DNA from: Eledone cirrhosa
Taxonomy: Eukaryota
Assembly: GCA_964016885.1 (NCBI GenBank)
Contig: OZ024751.1
Span: forward strand, 14,570,001-14,634,000
Direction of reading: 5' to 3'
Length of the DNA: 64,000 bases
The notes under the pieces are model-generated. The model was not told where the DNA came from. It saw only the letters and a program-made list of their open reading frames with translations, and made no database searches. Shown piece by piece: positions 55,905 through 64,000 of the stretch. Every line of letters begins with the position of its first letter. Positions within the stretch are counted from its first letter, which is position 1. Made by a program: the position numbers and the translations under genes.

Positions 55905-56497
55905 CATGCAAGAACATTAATGTATATATGTTATATATATACACATTATATATATATATATACACATTACTGTATATATGTTAAATGTCAATTAGTGCCT
56001 CCTCCTTCTCCTCCCCTTAATGAAGCTATTTCAAGGAACAACTTTACCTTAACTGAAGAATCTCTAGCTCTGAATTTTGTCTTCATCACCCTCCCTTCTA
56101 TCTCACCCTCCTACCTCTCTCTCCCTCCTTCCTATCTCTATCTCTCCCTCCCTCCTCTCTCTCTCTCTATCTCTCCCTCCTACCTCTCTTTTACTAAATA
56201 TAGGTGTGTGTGTTTGTGTGTGTGTGTAAGCACATCACATGTGAATTTAGAATATGGTTGTGAGAACATTTTGAAAATAGAATTAGAAACTTTCTCTGTA
56301 TATTGACTACAGAATATAGTCTAATATTAGGGGATATGAAACCCATGAACCCCCATAATGGGGAAAAGGGCATTCTATTTTATATATATATATATATTCT
56401 ATTTTATATATATATATATAAATAACAAAATAAGATGCTGAGGTTACATATATTTTTTAATCATAATAATTATTTCTACGGTTCAGTGACATATCAA

Positions 56498-56610
56498 ATA
56501 TATCGAATTTCATCTGAGGAAGCCATTCTCATAATCAACAGCAAATGCATGAAGGACATCTCGATTGCATGGAGAACCGTGGAAATAATTATTATGATTA
56601 AACGATATAT
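56498..56610 (+). ncRNA. Hammerhead-like motif with weak stem II inside fold-back element 56421-56638
   Basis: atatatcg..tcat CTGAGGA (56514-56520)...GAAA (56582-56585) t aatt a TT atga..cgatatat. Confidence 0.5.
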
Positions 56611-56864
56611 GTAACCTCAGCATCTTATTTTGTTATTTTTATAAAATTCTCCATTGTAACTAAAAACAACGATTGTTGAGAGCTTTCTCCTGTTTTTACC
56701 AAAACAATCTTTTCCAAACAATATATATATATACATATATATATATGTGATAGAAGTAGCTTTATATATATATATATATAGGAACGAATAGGACCCCGAC
56801 GGCTGAGCTCAAGCTGTTTCGACGGCTAATTCTGGACTAAATATTTATTTATAAAACAAATCTG

Positions 56865-56930
56865 TATTTTATCTGATGAAAGCACACCATAATTTACCTT
56901 GGTCGCCCTTGAAATATATATAATAAAATA
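56865..56930 (+). ncRNA. Type I minimal hammerhead ribozyme motif
   Basis: Stem I tattttat/ataaaata; CTGATGA 56873-56879; stem II aag..acca/tggt..ctt; GAAA 56911-56914; t-atat-a; predicted AUA cleavage after 56922. Confidence 0.7.
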
Positions 56931-57068
56931 ATAATGGTTTTATAAATATAGTTTCCATTTATTAATATATTGTATATTTACTCCACTAATTTGTTGAGTG
57001 CTTTATATCAGTTATAAGAATTTTTAAGCTTGTTGAATCCCAACAAATTAAATATAACCTCTGCATAT

Positions 57069-57113
<45 letters not shown>

Positions 57114-57557
57114 CACTCACACACACACATATTGGCCATATGTATCCAGTTTAGAATAAGTACTCTGAGCCTCTGCATGTTGTGAGAAGTGACTAAAAGG
57201 GTTGGTGTCAAGGGCTGTAAAATACTGCCTCAAAACATCCTGCCTAAATCCATGCCAGAATAGAAAAGTGGACTTTAAAATGATGTAGAGGCTCAGGAAG
57301 ACCAAAATGGACTTGAATAGAGGATGTCTGTCTGGATTAAGCTAGGCTTGGCCTAGCCCAAGTGAGAGCAGTGGACAGAAACACATGGAGTGGGGCACTA
57401 AAGAGCACTACCAGGCATGACTCACTCCTACTTAGGGATTGTGTCCTGCATAATCAAAAACTGGATGATGATGATGATGATAACATATTTAGCATCTGAT
57501 AATACCCTCAATCATTTACTCAAAGTCAAACCCATACTAGCATGTAAAATTATAATA

Positions 57558-57962
57558 ATTGTTTCTACTTTGAGCTCAAGGCCAGCAATTATTTCACTTC
57601 ATTACTGGTACTTTATTTTATAGAGCCCCGTACGGATGAAAGGCAAAGTTAAACTTGGCGGGATTTGAACTCGGATCACAAAGGGCCATAACTCTATGCT
57701 GCAAAACATGGTGTCTGATGCTCTACCGATTCTGCCTATCCACTACCCTATTATAATAATTGTTTAATTGTTTCTACGTTTGGCCCAAGGACAGCAATTA
57801 CCCAGTGCATTACTGGTACTTTATTTTATCGACTTCGTGAGGATGAAAGACAAAAAGTTATCCCTAGCAGGATTTGAACTCAGAACGTAAGGGGGCCTAT
57901 TATGATAATTGTTTCTACTTTTTTGGCACAAGGCCAGCAATTACCCAGTGTATTACTGGTAC
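57558..57962 (-). mobile_element. Three tandem SINE B copies, progressively truncated
   Basis: Repeated aattgtttctac...aaggccagcaatt starts at ~57558, ~57766, ~57907. Confidence 0.75.
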
Positions 57963-59023
57963 TTAATGATTAAAAAGAAGCCTTCCCATGTATGTACGTG
58001 ACATTTGTAGGTCAATAGGTGAAGCTGTGAGAGTGTTATGTTAATTACATAGCTGTATGTACTGCACACCTTCTTCGGCGTGTGTTCCAATAACTGACAT
58101 ATTTATACAGTCTGAGAATGAAGAAAGAACAACTGTACTACTGCTATCTCTTACACACCCCTTCCCCTATTACTAACATTTAGATAAAGTTTCACAGTAT
58201 TTTGGGGGCAGGGTTTTATTACTATTTGGCTTGGCAGTATCGGTAGAGGGTCTGACGCCATGCTTTTCAGCATAGAGTTACGGCCCTTGCCATTCTGAGT
58301 TCAAATCCCTCCGAGGTTAACTTTGCCTTTCATCCTTACGGGGTTGATAAAATAAAGTACCAGTAATGTACTCTGGTAATTGCTGGCCTTGTGCCAAAAG
58401 TAGAATTATTATCTACTGTTTAATTAGGGGTAGAAAAGCAGTTGCCATGAACCTTTTCAAGGCTTCTGAGTGAGACTGGTAAGAGGGATGGAGGAAAGTT
58501 GTCTGAAAGCGGAAACCTGGTCCAAATATTGATGTCCATCTGGGAAGCATTGATACCAAGTGATGCTTGGTATGAGTCTAATTACCCCTACCGGGTACCT
58601 TAAGATAGATACTTAAGATATAAATTCTGGCAGCAGAGTAGATTCTGCTAAAAGCATTGAAGGACCACATGGTTTTAAACCGAGTTCAAATCCCAATACT
58701 AGAGTCAATTCTTTTATACCCTCTCAATTCTCACTTGACCCTTTTTTCTCTGTCTATTTCTCTAGAAGAAATCAGCTGTGTTCCAACTAGGAGAGGTTTA
58801 AAATGTAACTATGGCGTACCTAGGACTCCATAAAGATTGCATGACAAAAGGATGAAATACAAAGTTGATCTGGGAGTGTAGAAAGCCAGAACAACAACCA
58901 CAAGGGATTATGTTCAAAATATATATTTACTATTACATAAACATTACAGGACATAAAATATGTTTACAATTATATAAACATTACAGGACATAAGATATAT
59001 ATATCTATATATCTAAAACAGAG

Positions 59024-59140
59024 AATGTCTGTCTGTCTGACTCCCTAAAACTCGAGAACCACCCAACCGATTGTTTTCAAACTTTACACATGTAATACTT
59101 ATGGTCCTGTGAGTGTTTTGAGATTAGGCTATTTAGCGAT
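59024..59140 (+). mobile_element. Possible non-autonomous Helitron 5' end
   Basis: TCTATATATCTAAAA followed by (GTCT)n and aaactcgagaaccac..aaccgatt..ttcaaacttt; no clear 3' CTRR end. Confidence 0.4.
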
Positions 59141-59336
59141 CTCTCTCTATAATGATGCCAGATGGTTAAAAATGTATTCTTCATACTCTTACATCAAGAA
59201 TTTATAACTGCAATAGTTTACCATTTGAAGAGTTATAGGAATGTCTTCCAAAAAGAATGAGAAATTCCACCAAGATTATCATCTCAGATACTTTAACACT
59301 TTTGTTACCAATTTGCCTATAAACCTACAGCAGGAC

Positions 59337-59400
<64 letters not shown>

Positions 59401-59680
59401 TCACTGTTTTATGTCAATGTTTCCATGCTAGCATGGGTTAGACAGGTTGTCGTTTTGTGGGCAATGCTAGGTCAGGTAACCATGTCTTGATCATACAGAA
59501 CTGATTTTGGCTCAATTTCTACAGCTGGATGCCCTTCCTAACACCAACCTCATTTATAGTGAGTACTAGGTGCTTTTTTACCGTGGCACCTACACGACCA
59601 CTTTACAGAGTGGACTGGGTGCTTTTTGTCGCGACACCTACACAACCACTTTACAGTGGGAGGGGCGTCGCGGCATATTG

Positions 59681-59711
<31 letters not shown>

Positions 59712-59841
59712 GAAGTATTTCCATCAGAAAGGTACAGGAAAAAAGAGTGCTCTATGTAGGCTACAGAGCTTATTATTATTACATAACTAAATATATATAT
59801 ATATATATATATACAATATATTAACAAATGGAAACTATATT

Positions 59842-59908
59842 TATTTCATTATATATATTTCAAGGGCCACCCAAGGCAGATTATGGTGCGCTTTCATCAG
59901 ATAAAATA
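59842..59908 (-). ncRNA. Type I minimal hammerhead ribozyme motif
   Basis: rc: tattttat CTGATGA aagcgcacca..tgggtggccctt GAAA t atat a TA atgaaata. Confidence 0.7.
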
Positions 59909-60034
59909 TAATAAAGATTAGTTTTATAAATAAATATTGACATACCCTGAAAAAATGCAACCTTATCGGTTGGAGCTTCCTGGATAGTGGAGATATTAGA
60001 TTTATTGTTGATTTAGTATAAATATAACCTCTAC

Positions 60035-60077
<43 letters not shown>

Positions 60078-60116
60078 AGGGTATATACAGTCAAAGACAC
60101 ACAGAGGCGTGTGTGT

Positions 60117-60399
60117 AATAATAGGGAGCAGGAATGAAGTATCAATCTCACATCAATATATTTATTTCATAATCGATCAGCTCAATGTACAATCGGTACT
60201 GATCGACTCCGACTCTGGAATCGATAGCTCTACAGACTTGTGGATTCTCAGTAACCCACAAATCTAATGAACTATTGATTCCAGAGTCAGACCCAATCGC
60301 TACCGATCATACATCGAGCTGATCAATTGCAAAATACAGGGTACGTATGAATAAATATATTGATGTTATATTGATACTTTGATCTTGCTCATTACTATT
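60117..60399. repeat. ~280-bp imperfect fold-back (MITE-like) element
   Basis: Arms pair along most of the length; related half-copy at ~23340-23495. Confidence 0.7.
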
Positions 60400-61222
60400 G
60401 GCAGTATCGGTAGAGGGTCGGACGCCATGCTTTCCAGTATAGTTACGTCCCTTTATGATCTGAGTTCAAATCCCGCCGAGGTTGACTTTGCCTTTCATCC
60501 TTACGGGGTCGATAAAATAAAGTACCAGTAATGCACTGGGTAATTGCTGGCCTTGGGCCAAAAGTAGAAACAATTATTATTATCATTATTAAAGAAATCA
60601 TTATTATGGTGGATTGGCAGAGGGTCAGACACTATGCTTTGCAGCATAGAGTTACGTCCCTTTATGGTCTGAGCTCAAATCCCACCGAGGTTAGCTTTGC
60701 CTTTCATCCTTACGGGGTCGATAAAATATACCACCAGTAATACACTGGGATAATTGCTGGCCTTATGCCAAAAGTAGAAACAATTATTATTATTATCATT
60801 AACAAAGAGGGCGATGGATTGGCAGTATTGGTAGAGAGTCAGACGCCATGCTATGAGGTATAGAGTTACGGCCTTTGCCATTCTGAGTTCAAATCCCGCC
60901 AAGGTTAACTTTGCCCTTCATCCTTACGGGGGTCGATAAAATAAAGTACCAGTAATGCACTGGGTATTTGCTGGCCTTGTGCCTAACGTAGAAACAATTA
61001 TTATCATTAACAAAGGGCGGTGGATTGGCAGTATCGGTAGAGAGTCAGACGCCATGCTATGCAGTGTAGAGTTACGGCCCTTTACGGCCTGAGTTCAAAT
61101 TCCGCCAAGGTTAGCTTTGCCTTTCCTCCTTATGGGTGTCAATAAAATAAAGTACCAGTAATGCACTGGAATAATTGCTGGCCGTGTGCCCAAAGAAAAA
61201 ACAATTATTATTATTATTATCA
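60398..61222 (+). mobile_element. Head-to-tail array of four SINE B copies
   Basis: Units at ~60398, 60608, 60810, 61015 separated by (ATT)n tails. Confidence 0.88.
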
Positions 61223-61453
61223 TTAACAATCTGCTTCTTATTTATGGATGCCGATAATGGTAAAGACACAACACATAGAAGCAATATTAGTAGCCAGAGC
61301 CACATATTAGCAGTGTGTACTTAAACTAGTGAACCACCAATAACTAAACACTATACCCCAATACAATATATATATAAGGGAACAGGTGAAGACTTCAAGA
61401 ACATCTTGGGCCCTTCCCTTGTGGCTTTAATTTAGATTGCCTCGAGAACGGAA

Positions 61454-61559
61454 CCTTATTATGTAAGAAGCTGTCTGATGAGATCACGGCACTGGTTAAG
61501 GTGGAATCACATGGCCACTGTCATCATTGAAATATATATCACAGCCTTATCAATAAAGG
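61454..61559 (+). ncRNA. Type I hammerhead motif with long stem II
   Basis: gctgt CTGATGA (61475-61481)...GAAA (61529-61532) t atat a TC acagc; stem I extends through taag/ctta and cctt/aagg. Confidence 0.6.
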
Positions 61560-61624
61560 ACTTTAACATCTGAAACTACTTCGCATTTACTTATTTTATA
61601 TATATATATATATACACACATACA

Positions 61625-61958
61625 CGGCTTCATGTGAAGACTTTGTGGTCAGGGTGTTCAGCTCACAGTTATAAGGTCGTGAGTTCAATTCCTGGTGGTA
61701 CATTGTGTCCTTGAGCAAGACACTTTATTTCACATTGCTCCAGTCCACTCAGCTGACCAAAATGAGTTGTACCTGTAATTCAAAGAAAGAGCCAGCCTTG
61801 TCACATTCTGCGTCATGCTGAATCTCCCTGAGAACTACGTTAATGGTACATGTGTTTGTGGAATGCTCAGCCACTTTCCTGTTAATTTCACAAGCAGGCT
61901 GTTCTGTTGATCGGATCAACTGGAATACTCATTGTCGTAACTGTCGGAGTGCCAGTTA
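61625..61958 (+). mobile_element. tRNA-derived SINE family D
   Basis: B box gagttcaattcc, shared core tgtgtccttgagcaagacactttatttcacattgctccag, distinct tail. Confidence 0.8.
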
Positions 61959-62442
61959 TACACACATACACACACACACACATACAGATATATATATACT
62001 ACCACATGTGACACGATAAAGAACATGATTGTTTTGGTGCCATCATGAAAAAATTAGGAATGGCATCCAGCCATAGAAACCAAGTCAGAGCCAGTTCTGT
62101 ATGAGTAAGACATGGTCACCTGATTTGACAGTGGGACAACTTGTCTAACCCATGCTAGTGTGGAAAAATGGACATTAAAGAGTGATGATGATACAGAGGC
62201 AGATATGTGTAGTCAAAGACATGCAGATATATATACACATGTGGATACATACACAATGCATTTATATACAAACAGACGCAGAGATACACACACACACACG
62301 CGCGCGCGAGCGCACACACACAGGCAGATATATATATATACATAAACACACACACACACAGGCAGATATATATACATAAACACACACACACACAGGTAGA
62401 TATACATATATATATATATATAACATACACAAACATACAGGT

Positions 62443-62783
62443 ATTCATTCATTCATTTCATTTTATGTCTGCTTTTCCCTGCTTGCAAGGGTGAGACGGG
62501 AACAGATTCTGGCTTGATTTCTACAGCTGGATGCCCTTCCTAACACCAACCTCATTTACAGTGAGTGCTGGGTGCTTTTTTGCCGTGGCACCTCCACGGC
62601 TACTTTGCAGTGGAATGATATGGACCCCAGTCCCTATCATCTCATTTCTACAGCTGAGTAAACTGGAGCAATGTGAAATAAAGTGTCTTGCTCAAGGAAA
62701 CAACACATCACCCGGTCTGAGAATTGAACTCACAACCTTTCGATTGTAAGGCCAATGCTCTAACCACTAAGCCATGTGCCTCC
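62443..62783 (-). mobile_element. Full-length SINE A with (GAAT)n tail
   Basis: Matches the family consensus. Confidence 0.9.
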
Positions 62784-62798
62784 ATTATATATATATAT

Positions 62799-62858
<60 letters not shown>

Positions 62859-62978
62859 GCAGATATATATATTTATTTATATATCAATATAACTGTGCTG
62901 ATTGTTCGATTCCAGTTTTGGCAGTCAAAACTGGAATCGAACCATCAGCCCAGTTGAGGTATGTCATACATCAATTTA

Positions 62979-63048
62979 TATATTTTATCTGATGAGGACG
63001 TACTGAAAAACCAGCACAGTACCTCCGAAATATATATAATAAAACATA
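62979..63048 (+). ncRNA. Type I minimal hammerhead ribozyme motif (best-formed copy)
   Basis: Stem I tatattttat/ataaaacata; CTGATGA 62989-62995; stem II ggacgtactg/cagtacctcc; GAAA 63027-63030; t-atat-a; predicted AUA cleavage after 63038. Confidence 0.75.
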
Positions 63049-63579
63049 TTTTGATTATGTGAATGTATCCATTTATTAATATTTTGAGTAATATATATAT
63101 ATGTATATATATAAACCCATGCTAGCGAGGAAGATAGTCGTTAAACGATGATGATGATATATATATAAATACACACACACACACATACATACATACAGGT
63201 ATATACATATATATATATATATATAAACATACATATACAGGCAGAAATAATAATATACAAAGACAGCCACACTCACCAGGGGAAAAGACAGTGTCAGTAT
63301 GGATAAAAGGAAGTGAATGGCAGTTGTTAGATCAATAAAAAAAGTTCAAGAAATCAATATCTGAGCAAACATTGAGCTTTGATTGGTTTACGTTGTATTA
63401 GATTCTTGGAAAAGAAGATTGCAGCTTTAATTTCCTGTCAAAAGAACTGTCTTAGCTTGTGAAGCCAGACATATTGGCTTGATTGATTGAACCAATTGGC
63501 TTGTAGATAGAGAAAATTGGACCAATCGAATATAGGTTAGTTCTCTGATGTAGTTGGGTGCTGAAGATAATGGTCTTTG

Positions 63580-64000
63580 GTGGTGGATATAGTGGTATGT
63601 TGGTCAGTGTGGTAGATTGGTGGTGGATATAGTGGTATGTTGGTCAGTGTGGTAGATTGGTGGTGGATATAGTGGTATGTTGGTCAGTGTGGTAGATTGG
63701 TGGTGGATATAGTGGTATGTTGGTCAGTGTGGTAGATTGGTGGTGGATATAGTGGTATGTTGGTCAGTGTGGTAGATTGGTGGTGGATATAGTGGTATGT
63801 TGGTCAGTGCGGTAGATTGGTGGTGGATATCGTGGTATGTTGGTCAGTGTGGTAGATTGGTGGTGGATATAGTGGTATGTTGGTCAGTGTGGTAGAGATA
63901 ATGGTATGTTGGTCAGTGTGGTAGATTGTTGGTGGATATAGACAGGTGGTGTGGAGATAGTGGTGTGTTGGTCAGTGCGGTAGATTGTTGGTGGATATAG
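63580..64000. repeat. 40-bp minisatellite (tggtggatatagtggtatgttggtcagtgtggtagattgg)n, runs off the window
   Basis: Direct reading. Confidence 0.95.

Overview
AT-rich, microsatellite-dense animal genomic DNA. The SINE/LINE repertoire and repeat profile suggest an octopus-like cephalopod (inference). The only host coding sequence found is two minus-strand exons of a ZNF608/ZNF609 (Drosophila scribbler/brakeless) homolog, at 39161-39317 and 8246-8333. They splice in frame across a ~30.8 kb intron, so most or all of the window is intronic. The rest is repeat: (1) a 5'-truncated but still open RTE-clade LINE with a PHD-like finger inside its RT domain; (2) several tRNA-derived SINE families, one sharing the LINE 3' tail; (3) hAT, piggyBac and Tc1/mariner-type MITEs; (4) fragments of other LINEs; (5) many mini- and microsatellites. 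The most notable signal is a set of short, non-coding, (TA)n-embedded, often fold-back elements carrying minimal type I hammerhead ribozyme motifs (CUGANGA-stem II-GAAA-U-palindromic tetraloop-A-UH). There are six complete or near-complete motifs plus several half-motifs at the centres of long palindromes, resembling Penelope-like pLTR or retrozyme derivatives. Almost all ORFs in the supplied track are simple-repeat artefacts.
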